Of a stretch of 64,000 nt of DNA, positions 29,880 through 43,761 are shown piece after piece. The DNA is from the human T2T-CHM13v2.0 reference genome, Homo sapiens. Location: the NCBI RefSeq assembly GCF_009914755.1, contig NC_060940.1, one strand, 5' to 3'. Below the pieces are notes generated by a model, which was given only the letters and a program-made list of their open reading frames with translations, was not told the origin of the DNA and did not search any database. Position 1 is the first letter of the stretch. The number at the start of each line of letters is the position of its first letter. The position numbers and the translations under genes are program-made.

Positions 29880-30092
29880 GTGGTGATTGCGGGCTTGGCC
29901 ATGCTTTGTGCAAGTATCTGGATGAGCTGGGCTTCACGGTATTTGCCGGAGTTTTGAATGAAAATGGCCCAGGAGCTGAGGAATTGCGAAGAACCTGCTC
30001 TCCGCGCCTCTCGGTGCTCCAAATGGACATCACGAAGCCAGTGCAGATAAAAGATGCTTACAGCAAGGTTGCAGCAATGCTGCAGGACAGAG
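29880..30092 (+). CDS. HSD17B2: HSD17B2 exon 2 (213 nt, phase 1-1); GDCGLGHALCKYLDELGF...AMLQDR, second half of the Rossmann TGxxxGxG motif
   Basis: Acceptor cctatgcag|G at 29878-29879, donor AGAG|gtactg at 30093; translation matches the recalled human 17betaHSD2 protein. Confidence 0.98.
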
Positions 30093-30611
30093 GTACTGCC
30101 GCCAGCACCCTCAGTGCCTTTACCCTCCTCCTGAATGCCCAGCTCTTGTTCCGGCTTAGGCTGAACATGCCCCCCCACTCCACTCTGGGCACTGTTTGCC
30201 CTGAAGCACACCTGTGCTGAACCCCTACCATGTGTGGGGGCCTCTATCAACATGAAGACCTTCGGAGTAACTCAGACATGGGCCCATCCACACAGAACTT
30301 ACAGAAACCTCAGTCTCATTCTCTCCAACTTCTCAGTCACTCTCCCATGAATAATTCCTCCAGCCCCAGCTCATTGCTTTTCTGTCCGCAATAACAACAT
30401 GCATTAGAGTCTCCAGCTTCGAAAAAAAATACCTTCATGGTCACTGTCCTTCTTTACCCATTACCCTTCCTCTTCTCTTTCCTTCATGGCTACGCTCCAC
30501 GGAACCCTGTAGCTCTGTGATTCTCTTCCTCACCTTCAATTTGCCGTTGGCTCTCACTCTGCCTCCCTAACTGATCTGGCAAAGCTAATCAGAATTAGCC
30601 TGAAGACCCAG

Positions 30612-31155
30612 GTTTTTTTTGTTTTCAACTTTTATTTTAAATTCTGGGTTACACGTGCAGGATGTGCTGGTTTGTGACATAGGTAAGCATGTGCCATGGT
30701 GGTTTGCTGCACAGATCCAGCCATCCTGTAAGTACTGAGCCCAGGATTCATTAGCTATTATTCCTGATGCTCTACCTCCCCTCCCTCCACCAGGCCCAAG
30801 TGTGGGTTGTTCCCCACCATGCGTCCATGTGTTCTCACTGTTCAGCCCCCACTTATAAGTGAGAACGTGTGGTGTTTGGTTTTCTGTTCCTGCTTTAGTT
30901 TGCTGAGAATAATGGCTTCCAGCTCCACCCATGTCCCTGCAAAGGATATGATCTCATTCTTTTTAATGGCTGCATAGTATTCCATGGTGTATATGTACCA
31001 CATTTTCTTTATCCAGTCTATCATTGATGGGCATTTGGGTTGATTCCATGTCTTTGCTTTTGTGACTAGGGCTGCAACGAATCTATGTGTGAATGTATCT
31101 TTGTAATAGAATGGTTTATATTCCTTTGGATGTATACCCGGTAATGGGATTGCTG
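30612..31155 (-). mobile_element. L1PA 3' end in intron 2
   Basis: ORF2 C-terminus (WIKKMWYIYTMEYYAAIKK) and 3' UTR; TSD gaagacccag. Confidence 0.92.
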
Positions 31156-31385
31156 GAAGACCCAGTTTTTAACTTCCCTGCAGTATTTAAGCATGTTGTT
31201 TATACTCTCCTCCTTGGCTTTGGGGTCCCCAGCCCCCATTGCTCTCCTAGCTCTCCAATCTTTCTTTCCACTTCTCCTGGATGAAACTTTGCCTCTGTCT
31301 CCCCACAAATACAAATGCTTCTGAGGGTTGCATCTGCAGACTTCGCACTCTATGTGCCCTGGGCCATGCAGTTTTCTCCGTATAC

Positions 31386-31714
31386 CAAGAGTTCTCAATC
31401 CAACTGCACATTAGAATCATTTGAAAATTACCTATGCTGGGGTCCAGGATGGGCTATGTAACTAACTTGGCAGACCCAATGCAAAATGAAAACATGGGGC
31501 CCCTAGCTTGATTTCGGAAGATTATTAGGAATGTTAGTTGGTGACAGCAGAGACTGAAACCACGTGCAGGACCCTTCTGAAGCACCAGGCCCTGTGTGAC
31601 TGAACAGATCCCCCAGACCCAATTAAATCAGTCTCTAGGACGGGATCCCAGGCATCATTAGTTTATAAAGCTCCCAATGTGATGCTAATGTTAGCGCAGG
31701 GCCAAGAAACACTG
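31386..31714. mobile_element. MER5-type element interrupted by a MER45-like element (~31445-31610)
   Basis: MER5 halves flank gcaaaatgaaaacatggggccc...ggccctgtgtgactg. Confidence 0.65.
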
Positions 31715-32651
31715 GTTTACGCCAATAACTCCCAAATCTATTACTATATTGCCAACCTAATCCTTCTTCTCCACGTATACAAAGTTATCTATCAGACATC
31801 TTCCCTTATACTCCAGAGGCTTCAACTTCAACATGTCAAATGTTGTTTTTTTTCCCCCTGCTGCCATTCTGCAAATCGGTTTGCTCTCCTGCATCCCACA
31901 GCTCAGACACTGGCTCTACCACCTAACCAGTCATTCAAGCCAGCAACCTGCGGGTCACTGAGACCCTCAGCTTATCCTCAGTGCCTGTATCCTACTGATC
32001 CAAGTCCTGTCAATTCCACCTCCTGGATAGTTACCCTCCAGCCCCTTCCTACCACTGCATAGCACTACGACTTAGCACAGACCCTCACCTTCTTCCACCT
32101 CGGCTATCCCAATGCCCTCCTTGCAACCCATCTTTCCTTCCCCATTACTTTCCAGAGACTCATCTTCACAGCATTCACATTCTACAGTGCGATCCATCTC
32201 CTAAAAACCTTTAGACATACAGAGCCTCCACGTGTTGGGGTCCGCCCATGTGGCATGCCCGTGATGGGGAATTTATCAGTGGTTTGTTGGTTCCCTATCA
32301 GTGGTTCCCTATCTAAGCACCTTAACAAGGACTAGAGGTCCTTTCAGGATAATGGCTCCTGCCAAACCCTTAATTTGCAATACCTGCTGGTTCACTTAGT
32401 AAATTCTGAAGAGTTTCTGGAACAGAATATTCTACTTTACATCTCTGCACATCTAGCTTCCTGTTACAGGAATTCCCCTCCCACTCCCACTCCCTTTCCC
32501 TAAGGCTCTTGCCTTTGTCCAGTGGCAGACTCTAATCCCCCAGGAGACCTGGCTCACACGTAACACCTCTTGCATGGTCTTCCAGGTATTGCAGGTTGTG
32601 TTATTCACTTCCTCTTCCAGACACTCACTCATTATGGTTTTCTGTCTCCAG

Positions 32652-32837
32652 GACTGTGGGCTGTGATCAACAATGCTGGGGTGCTTGGCTTTCCAACTGA
32701 TGGGGAGCTTCTTCTTATGACTGACTACAAACAATGCATGGCCGTGAACTTCTTTGGAACTGTGGAGGTCACAAAGACGTTTTTGCCTCTTCTTAGAAAA
32801 TCCAAAGGGAGGCTGGTGAATGTCAGCAGCATGGGAG
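32652..32837 (+). CDS. HSD17B2: HSD17B2 exon 3 (186 nt, phase 1-1); GLWAVINNAGVLG...RLVNVSSMG with NNAG motif and catalytic Ser
   Basis: Acceptor ttttctgtctccag|G, donor GGAG|gtgagt; SDR motifs visible in ORF 32570..32992. Confidence 0.98.
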
Positions 32838-34483
32838 GTGAGTCAGCATTTTCACACATGGTCATGGGGTGCCCATCACAAGACATGGCTCATGGCATTC
32901 TATGTGGGCGAACAAAAATGCAGGGCATGCAAAGGCAGGGTTGGGTCAGGATTAGTCAAATTGTATATACCCTGTTGGTCTTATCACAATAAAACCTTTC
33001 TCTTCTTTCAAATTCTTTCATGTAGAAACTCTTATCTGCCTTCTAACTCATCCATTTGTTACTGGGGATTTAGGGTTCTTATATGTCTTTATAATGTGAC
33101 TGCCAACACACATGGTTGGTAGATTTGTACAGGAAATCTCACATTACAAATAATGTCAGCATTTCAGGCAACCTGTTTTCAACACTTCGTCAATTTAACA
33201 CACTGTGTTCAGTTCCCTGTAAGCTGAGTAGGCAATACCTTCCCTCTGTTTGTGCCATCAAACAAAAGCTGCCTGCTATTGTTAACCCGAAGATTGTCCC
33301 CAGTGTTGAGCAGCCTCAATCCAGCTAGGTCAGGATGTGATGACACTGGATAGTTTGTCTCTCTCTGTTTCCAAGAACAAATAGTACACAACTTGAGTCA
33401 AGGGCTGAACAGTCTTGCCTTTTCATAAAAAATGCCCATGCGTGTCATAGCATGCCCTCTTTTCTGGGACAGACATTTTCAAACTGGGGTTCCTTGGGCT
33501 CTTGTTCAGTTTAGGGAAGATCCATCGACCTGACTTTTGGGTCACTGGGTCACTGCAGAGGTGAGAGGGAAGCCAAAGGGATGGGCTCTGGATCCTAGGA
33601 TCCTGCCTTCAAATAGAGGAGTACCACTCTTCACTGTTGGATCAATTAATTCTAAGTAAAATTTCTTAAAATAAATGGTATGACTATGCTGTTTTTGTTT
33701 GTTTGCTTGACTTTTGTGTTTTGTGCTTTTTTTGGTAATGTGAATATCAGTTCTAGAATGATTTGGTCAGGGAGGGGGTTCTTCGCATTTCCTAGACAAA
33801 TATAGTTGTCCATCACATTCCCTTTCCTGGCTTTAACTCAGTAACTTTCTTAAAACTAACTGCTATGTGTCTTTGACTAGAGTCTTGGTTGGCCTGAGGC
33901 ATAAACAAAGAAGAAGGTAGGGAGAGAGAGAGAGAGAGAAAGAGTTGGGGGAGACGAAGTGTCCTCTAGGATGGTTAGGAGCAATGAGTATTATATTTTA
34001 GCTGTGTGAGAACCCTAAAGTAGTTCCAATTTCCTGCTACCTTGCCAAAGCAAATGAATCCTGAGAAAACACACAGCAATATTTTCCTAATCTTTGTTCT
34101 GAACTTAGCCTTTACAATTTTGGCCTGTGTGGAAGCCTCACCTTTCTCATTTCCCTGGAATAGTCTGGTACTTCTGGGAACGTCTCACAGACTCTTTGCC
34201 TCACTTATATAATAAATATTTACTGAAATAACAGAGTACTGCCTCCTCCTTGGCACACTGACAAGGAGGTTTCTCTTTTTTTTCCTCTGTTCTCAACTTT
34301 GAGCAACACCTTCACTCATATGAGTTCACTTTAGTTATTGCCAAAATGTGCAGTATGTGCTGTAGGCCCAGTGTCTGGCATGCACCAGCAGCTCAGTTAA
34401 TCAATGAAGAAATGCAAGTGTATGAACGAGTGAAAAATGGAAAATGGATTAATGAATGGGTAAGTGAAAAGCTTACAGTACAA

Positions 34484-34778
34484 GGCCAGGTGCGGTGGCT
34501 CAAGGATGTAACTCCAGCACTTTGGAAGGCCAAGGCAGGAGGATTACTTCAGCCCAGGAGTTTGATACCAGCCTGGGCAACATAGTGAGACCTCGTCTGT
34601 ACAAAAAAATTAAGAAAAAAACAAACAAACCAGGCATTGTGGCATGTGCCTGTAGTCCCAGCTACTCAGGAGGCTGAGGTGAATCTGTTGAGCCTGGGAG
34701 GTTAAGACTGCAGTAAGCTGTGTTCATGTCACTGTACTCTAGCCTGGGTGAGAGAGTGAGACGCTCTCTCAAAAAATA
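34484..34778 (+). mobile_element. AluJ
   Basis: J diagnostics. Confidence 0.9.
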
Positions 34779-34904
34779 ACTCACAATACAGAGCATAACC
34801 TTCCACATATCTTCAACTTGGCCTTTAAAGCTCTTTCCAAGCCAGAACTTCTTACTCTGTTGTCATGTATTTTCATTGAAGGGAAACTCTGAATGTTAAA
34901 ATAA

Positions 34905-35204
<300 letters not shown>

Positions 35205-35334
35205 CATATCTCACTCTTATTCTCACCCTCTGGTTGTGCAAATTCATTACACCCAGCTATGTCCATCTATTTTCTTAAGATCATCACCAAGTTAACCCAT
35301 CTGAAACAAAACTTGCTGTCAGCCCTCCAGAATG

Positions 35335-35883
35335 CCTAGGAATACAGCTAACTAGGGAGGTGAAAGATCTCCACAAGGAAGACTACAAAACACTGCTCAA
35401 AGAAATTGGAGATGACACAAACAAATGGAAAAAATCTCATGTTCATGGATAAGAAGAATCAATATAGTTAAAATGGCCACTCTGCCCAAAGCAATTTATA
35501 GATTCAATGCTATTCCTATTAAACTACCATTGAGGTTCTTCACAGAACTAGAAAAAAAGATTTAAAAATTAATATGGAACCAAAAAAGAACATGAATAGT
35601 CAAGGCACCACTAATCAAAAAGAACAAAGCTGGAGGCATCACACTACCTGAATTCAAACTATACTACAGGGCTACCTGTAAGCAAAACAGCATGGTCCTG
35701 TACAAAAGCAGATACAAAGGTCAATGGAACAGAACAGAGAACCCAGAAATAAAACAATACACCTACAACATCTAATCTTTGACAAACCTGAAAAAAACAA
35801 GCAATGGGGGTAAGGATTCCCTATTCAATAAACGATGCTGGGGTAACTGGCTAGCCATAGGCAGAACATTGTAACTGGACCCT
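35335..35883 (+). mobile_element. Isolated internal L1 ORF2 fragment (L1PB/PA-like)
   Basis: cctaggaatacagctaac...gtaactggaccc; no 3' UTR or A tail. Confidence 0.85.
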
Positions 35884-38291
35884 GACTTCTTTCTGCCCTA
35901 GTCTTTTGAGTTTCAGATCTTTGAGTCATCTTGGATTTGTTTTTCCCCATGCCTCTCTCTTCTTTCTCCCACCCACTCACCAAGATGTATGAAGTTTTCG
36001 TTCATCACATCCAGTTTTGAATCTTCATGTCCTGGAGAAACTCTAGAAATGAGTTTATTTGTAGGACTCAGAAACCACCCAAGGTACTTTATAAAGCTAC
36101 TAAAACAGTAACAAGAAATCAAGTAACAATATCAGAAGAGATGGGAGGCATATGTACTCAACAGGGCCGGGAGTTTGTGTAAAGACAGAAACAAAGCGCT
36201 GTCAAGATAGGAAAAAGATATTTCATGCAAATGGGAACCAAAAAGATCAGGAGTAGCTATACTTACATCAGGCAAAATAGATTTCAAGATCAAAACCGTA
36301 AAAAGAGACAAAGAAGGTCATTATATAGTCATAAAGGTGTTCATTCAGCATGAGGATATAACCATTGTAAATATACATGCACCCAACACCAGAGCACCCA
36401 GATGTATAAAGGAAATATTATTAGAACTAAACAGAGAGATAGACCTCAATACATTAGTAGCTGGAGGCTTCAATACTCCACTTTCAGCTTTGGATAGATC
36501 ATCCAGGCAGAAAATCAATAAAGAAACATCAAACTTAATCTGCACTATAGACCAAATGGACCTAATTGTTATTTACAGAACACTTCATCCAAAGGCTGCA
36601 GAATATGCATTCTTCTCCTGAGCACATGGATCGTTCTCAAGGATAGACCATATGTTAGGCCACAAAACAAGTCTTAAAACATTTTAAAAAATGAAATAAT
36701 ATCAAGTATCTTCTCTGACCACAATGGACCAAAACTAGAAATAAAAGATAAGAGGAATTTTGGAAACTATATAAGCACATGGAAATTAAACAATATATTC
36801 CTGAGTGACCAGTAGGTCAATGAAAAAAATTAAGAAGGAAATTTAAAAATTTCTCAAATGATAAAGGAAATCAAACATACCAAAACCCATGGGATGTGGT
36901 GAAAGTAGTACTAAGAGGGAAGCTGGCTACCGGCTATAAGTGCCTACATTAAAAAAGTAGAAACACTTCAAGTAAAAAACCTAGTGATGCATCTCAAAAA
37001 ACTAGAAAAGCAAGAGCAAACCAACCTCAAAATTAGTAGAAGAAAAGAAATCATAAATATTAGAGCAGAAATAAATAAAATTGAAAAGAAGAAGACAATA
37101 CAAAAGATCAGCAAAATGAAAAGTTGGTTTCTGGAAAAGATAAACAAAATTGACAAACTTTTAATGAGACTAAGAACAAGACTAAGAACAAGACTAAGAA
37201 CAAGAGAGAAGACCCAATAAAAATCAGAGATGACAAAGGAGACATTACAACCAATACCACAGAAACTCAAAAGATCATTAGAGGCTACTATGAGTAACTA
37301 AGTATATACCAATAAATTGGAGAACCTAGAAGAGATGGATAAATTCTTACAGAGAGCCTACCAAGATTGAACCATGAAGGAATCCATAACCTGAATGGAT
37401 CAATAACAAGTAACGAGTTCGAAGCAGTAGTAAAAAGTCTGCAAGCAAAGAAAAGGCTGGGACCTCATGGCTTCACTGCTGAATTTTACCAAACTTTTAA
37501 AGAAGAACTAATACCGATTGTACTCGAGTATTCTGAAAAATAATGGTGGAGGGAATACTTCCAAACTCATCCTATGAGGCCTATATCATTCTGATAGCAA
37601 AACCAGAAAATACATGTTAAAAAAAAAAAAAAAAAGAAAAGAAAACTACAGGCCAATATACCTCATGAACGTTGATGTAAAAATCCTTAACAAAATACTA
37701 GTAAACTGAATTCAACAGCGCATTAAAAAGATCATTTATCATGACTAAGTGGGATTTATCCTATGGATGCAGGGATTGTTCAACATTTACACAAATCAAT
37801 CAGTGTGATACATAATCTCAACAGAATGAAGGACAAAACCATATGATCATTTCAATTGATTCTAAGAAAAGCATCTGATAAAATTCAACATCCCTTTATG
37901 ATAAAAACCCTCAATTAAAAAAAAACTGTGTATAGAAGGAACACATCTCAACGTAACAAAAGCCATATACAATAGACCTATAGCTACTGTCATGCTGAAT
38001 GGGAACAAACTGAAATCCTTTCCTCTAAGATCTAGAACACGACAAGGATGCCCACTTTCACCACTGTTATTCCACATAATACTGGAAATCCTGGCTAGTG
38101 CAAGCAGACAAAAGAAAGAAATAAAGAACATTCAAGCTGGAAAGGAAGAAGTTGAATTATCCTTGTTTGCAGATGATATGATCTTATATTTAGAATAAAC
38201 TAAAGACTCCATCAAAAACAATTAAAACTGATAAACAAATTCAGTCAAGTTGCAGGATACGAAATCAACATACAAAAATCAGTAGCATGTA

Positions 38292-38570
<279 letters not shown>

Positions 38571-39162
38571 TAGTATGCCAATAGCAAACAATCAGAAAGA
38601 GAAGTCAAGAAAGTAATCTCATTTACAATAGCTACAAATAAAATGAAATACCTGGGAATTAACCTAACCAGAGAAGTGAAAGATCTCTACAATGAAAATT
38701 ATATAATATTGATGAAAGAAATTGAAGAGGACACAAAAGATTGAAAGATATTCCATGTCCATAGGTTGGAAAAATCAATATTGTTAAAACGTCCATACTA
38801 TTCAAGGAAATCTATAGATTCAATGCAATCCATATCCAAATACCAATGACATTCTTCACCGAAATAGAAAAAGAAATCCTGAAATTTATATGGAACCACA
38901 AAAGACTCAGAAGAGCCAAAGATATCCTGAGCAGAAAGAACAAAACTGGAGGAATCACATTACCTGACTTCAGATTATACTACAGAGCCGTAGTAACCAA
39001 AACAGCATGGTACCAGCATGAAAACAGACATATAGACCAACAGAACAGGATAGAGAACCCAGAAATAAATCTACACATCTATGGTGAACTCATTTTCAAC
39101 AAATGCAATAACATACACCAGGGAAAGGACAGTCTATTCAATAAATGGTGCTGAGAAAACTC

Positions 39163-39536
39163 AGCCAGGTGCTGTGGCTCATGCCTGTAATCCCAGCACA
39201 CAGGGAGGTCAGGTGGATTGCTTGAGTCCAGGAGTTCAAAACCAGCCTGGGCAACATGGCAAAACCATGTCTCTACAAAAAATACAAAAAATTAGCCAGG
39301 CATGGTGGCATGTGCCTGTAGTCCTAGCTACTCAGGAGGCTGAAGTGGGTGGATCACTTGAGCTCAGGGAGATAGAGGCTGCAGCAGACTGTGATCACAC
39401 CATTGCACTCCAGCCTGGATGACAGAGTGAGACCCTGTTTCAAAAGAAAGAAAGAAAGAAGAAAGAAAGAAAAGAAAGAAAGAAAGGAAGGAAGGAAGAA
39501 AGGAAGAAAAGAAAAGAAAAGAAAAGAAAGAAAAAA
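39163..39536 (+). mobile_element. AluJ inside L1 with expanded (GAAA/GAAG)n tail (39443-39536)
   Basis: Alu consensus and pure purine tract. Confidence 0.9.
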
Positions 39537-40935
39537 CAAACTGGATACCATATGCAGAAGGATGAAACTAGATCCCTGTCTCTTACCATATAAAAAAATC
39601 AAATCAAAATGGATTCGATACTTAAATCTAAGACCTCAAACTGTGAAACTATTGTACTATAAGAAAACATTAGGGAAACTCTCCAGGACACTGGAATTGG
39701 CAAAGATTTCTTGAGTAACACCCAACAAGCACAGGCAAATGAGATCACATCAAGTTAAAAAGCTTCTGCACAGTGAAAGATACAATCAACAAAGTGAAGA
39801 GACAACCCACAGAATGGGAGAAAATATCTGCAAACTAGCCATTTGACAAAGACTTAATAACCAGAAAATATAAGGAGCTCAAACAACTCTACAGGAAAAA
39901 ATCAAATAATCTCATTTAAAATGTACAAAAGATCTGAATAGGCATTTCTCAAAAGAAGATAAGACATACAAATAGCAAACAAGCATATGAAAATGTGCTC
40001 AATATCATTGATCATCAGAGAAATGCAAATCAAAACTACAGTGAGATATGATCTCACCCCAGGTAAAATGGCTTTCATCCAAAAGTCAGGCAATAACAAA
40101 TCCTGGTAAGGATGTGGAGAAAGAGAACCCTTGTACACTGTTCATGGGGATGTAAATTAGTACAATTGCTATGGAGAATAGCTCTAAAAATAGAGCCACC
40201 ATATTATCCAGCAATTCCACCGCTAGATATGTACCCAAAAGAAGGGAAATCAGTATATCAAAGAGATATCTGCAGTCCTATGTGTGTTGCAGCACTGTTC
40301 ACTATAGCCAAGATTTGGAAGTAACCTAAGTGTCCATCAACAGATGAGTGGATAAAGAAAATGTGGTACATATACACACAATGGAGTACTATTCAGCCAT
40401 GTAAAAGAATGAGATATTGTCATCTGCAATAACATGGATGGAACTGGAAGTCATTATGTTAAGTGAAATAACATAATGAGCATAAAGACAAACTTCACAT
40501 GTTCTCACTTATTTGTGGGAGCTAAAAATTAAAACAATTGAACTCATGGAGATAGAGTAGAAGGATGGTTACCAGAGGCTGGGAAGAGTAGTGGAGAGGA
40601 CTAAGGAGGGGGAAGTAGGAATGGTTAATGGGTACAAAAAATAGAACGAATGAATAAGATGTACTATTTGATAGCACAACAGAGTGACAATAGTCAATAA
40701 TAATTTAATTGTGCATTTAAAAATAACTAAAAGAGCATAAATGGATTGTGTGCAACACAAAGGATAAATGCTTAAGGTGATGGAGACTCCATTTGCCCTG
40801 ATGTGATTATTATGTATTGCATGCTTGTATCAAAACACCTCATGTAGCACATAAATATATACACCAACTATGTTCCCACAAAATATTAAACATTAAAAAA
40901 AAAGAAACAAAGCTCTGAAATGATCGATTTTCCTC

Positions 40936-41338
40936 TGTGTTAGTTTGCTAGGGCTACCATAAGAAAATACCACAGACAAGGTGTCTTCAGAAAACAGAAA
41001 TTCCTTTTCTCACAGTTGTGGAGGCTGGAAGTCGAAGACCAAGGTGTCGGCAGGGTTGGTTTCTCCTGAGCTCTCTCTCCTCGGCTTTCAGATGACTACC
41101 TTTTTGCTGTGTCCTCACATGGTCATCTCTCTGTCTGTTGCACCCCTGGTGTCTCTTCCTCTTCTTATAAGAATGGCAGTCATACTGAATTAGGGCACCA
41201 CTCTTATGATCCCGTTTAACCCTAATCATCTTTTTAAAGGTTCTATCTTCAAATGCAGTCACGTTCCAAGATACTGGAGGTTAGTACTGCCACATACAAA
41301 CTTTTCTGGGTGGTGGGGGGAGCAATTCAGTCCATAAC
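40936..41338 (-). mobile_element. MLT1A-type MaLR LTR
   Basis: tgtgttagtttgctagggctaccataa...ttcagtccataaca. Confidence 0.82.
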
Positions 41339-41899
41339 ACTGTAATTGATAAGGGACAGGGGAATTCAGCAGAGAACACAGTGAGGGGCTCTCTAGCACT
41401 TACTGGAGAGTTTTGTGAAACAATAGAAAAGATTTTGAGCCGGAAAAGAAAAAGCTAGAATGTAACACAAGGATTAGAAAAGTCAAAGTATGTGTAAAAG
41501 GCAATATATAACCAACAAATCCACAGAAATTAACATCCAATGTGATGCTGACTTGTTGATATATCTTTGGCAAAATTAATGTAATAGTAACTTTGGAAAC
41601 ATGCTTATCTGGGAGTTCATTGCTGTTATTTTCATTTTGAAGCAAGGTGCATGGAGGGAGAGAAGCAGTCAGTCACTAATAAGGGCTCCAGAAGAAGCAC
41701 GTGGTTGCCCTGACCCACCAGATTGTCTTGAGTCTGGCACCTCTGTCACCTTCTGAGTGACAAGAATTTTGGTGGCATAGATTTATCATGGAACTTTGCA
41801 CCAGCCAGGAAAAACTGAGCTGGAATTGATGACTCTGTTCCAGTTATTCATTGCTGCAGAGTAAATAACCCTGAAGAAACTATCTCAGGCTGTTGTGAG

Positions 41900-42352
41900 T
41901 AGGCAGCTGGTCTGGGAGGCAGAATAATGGGTCCCCAGAAACATACACGTCCCATTGTCTGCAACCTGTGAGCCTGTTACCTCACGTGGCAAATGGTACT
42001 GTGCACATGTGATTGAGTGAAGGATCTTGAGATGAGGAGGTTATCCTGGATATTCTGGATGAATCTGATGCAATCACAAGGGTCCTTATAAGAAAGAGGC
42101 ATGAGGGTCAGAGTCAGAGAGAAACTGGAAGATGGTACCTAGGTGGCTTTGAAGATAGAGGAAGGGGCCAGAAACCAAGGAATGCAGGTGGCTTCTAGAA
42201 GCTGGAAAAGTCAAGGGAACTAGTTCTCCCCTAGAGCCTCCAGAAGGAGCATGACCCTGCTGACTCCTTGATTTTATCATAAGATAATAAATTTGTAATG
42301 TTTAAGCCACTAGGTTTGTAGTAATTTGTTACAGCAGCTGTGGGAAAATAAT
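41900..42352 (+). mobile_element. MLT1 (B/C/D-type) MaLR LTR
   Basis: ggcagaataatgg...ataataaatttgt..tttaagccact..tttgttacagcagc. Confidence 0.78.
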
Positions 42353-43460
42353 GTGTCTGGTTTGACTTTAAACGAGCTCCAATTTATAACAAATCACATG
42401 CACCTAATTACCGATTCCAAACATTTTTCTTTTTTCTCCTCAAATTTAAACTTCATTCCTCCCAATCTCATGTAATTCAGGTCTCCATGAACACTTTCTC
42501 CTCATTCTTTACACCATGTTGAAGGAACGCTTAGCACTTTATCGCATTCCAAAAAGGCAGAGTCAATCAAACAGATTTTACTAGAGATTCCATATATCAC
42601 AAAGCACTATTTAATGCAAATTCCCTTCAGATTTTTGTGGTTGTTGTTGTTTTTGTTTTTTTTGTTTTTCCTCCTTCCGAAGGTCTTCAGTTGCCAGCCA
42701 CCTCACCTCTGGTTACTTCCCCCTCCCTGTCCTTTCTGGCTCCCAAATCTCCCTGGTTTCTTTCCTCATCTTTCCCTCTCCTTCCTTCTCCCATAACCAG
42801 CACGTTCATATCACATCCATCTACTCTTAGCTGCTCAATAAACTAAGCACTTCCATTGGATCTGCCCTCCTTGGAAGGCAAGAGGTGTGCAGAATAGAAG
42901 AAAAAATTATTGCAAATTGTGTTTGCTGTTTATTTGTCTGCTCTATTCCCTCCCTCTCTGAAACTCTCAGAAGCAAACTGAAGCTGTTCCCGCATGAACT
43001 TCCCTAAATTCTCCTCTCTCCTTCTGTTGTCACTCATTCTCCTCTTCAACCTTTCCTCCTTCCTCCTCCCCACTAACTCCTTCTCTCTCCCTGGGCCTTT
43101 CATTCTACCCCAGGCTATGCTCTAAGGATGATTCCTCCCCAGACTCTCAATACTTTTCTCTTTGATCTGGGCTGGCAGCCAGGAGGGTGGGGCTCTCCTC
43201 TTCACTGCCTGGTTGGGTGACACTCCTGGAAAACCCGAGGTCCTATAGCCTCTCTAAGCTCCACTTTTGTCCCTGTAAAGTGGAGGCAATAAGAGTGGAC
43301 AAATAAGCAGAGGAAATATGACCACATAGGAGCGTTCTGAGGCTTAAATAAAATAATTCTCACAAAGTTCTTAGCATAGCTGCTTATGTGTAGTATGTCT
43401 TCCCTGAAGGTTATGAGTTATTACTATTTTTATTAATGGACACTGCCCCGCACTTCTTTA

Positions 43461-43761
43461 TTTTTAAAATTAATTTTAGCTTTTATTTTAAGTTCTGGGG
43501 TACATGTGTGTTCCATTGCAGCACTATTCACAATAGCAAAGACACAGAATCAACCCAATTGCCCATCGATGATAGATTAGATAAAGAAAATGTGGTACAT
43601 ATGCAGCATGGAATACTACACAGGCATAAAAAGGAATGAGATCATATCCTTTGCAGGGACACGGATGGAGCTGGAAGCCATTATCCTCAGCAACCTAACG
43701 CAGGAACAGAAAACCAAATACCACATGTCCTCACTTGTAAGTGGGAGCTGAACAATAAGAG
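43461..43761 (-). mobile_element. Short 5'-inverted (twin-primed) L1PA
   Basis: Minus-strand 3' end joined to a plus-strand L1 segment; TSD cttcttta. Confidence 0.85.

Noticed and set aside
29858-30253. 131-aa antisense ORF over exon 2
   Set aside because: Typical shadow ORF of a GC-rich coding exon; no recognisable protein
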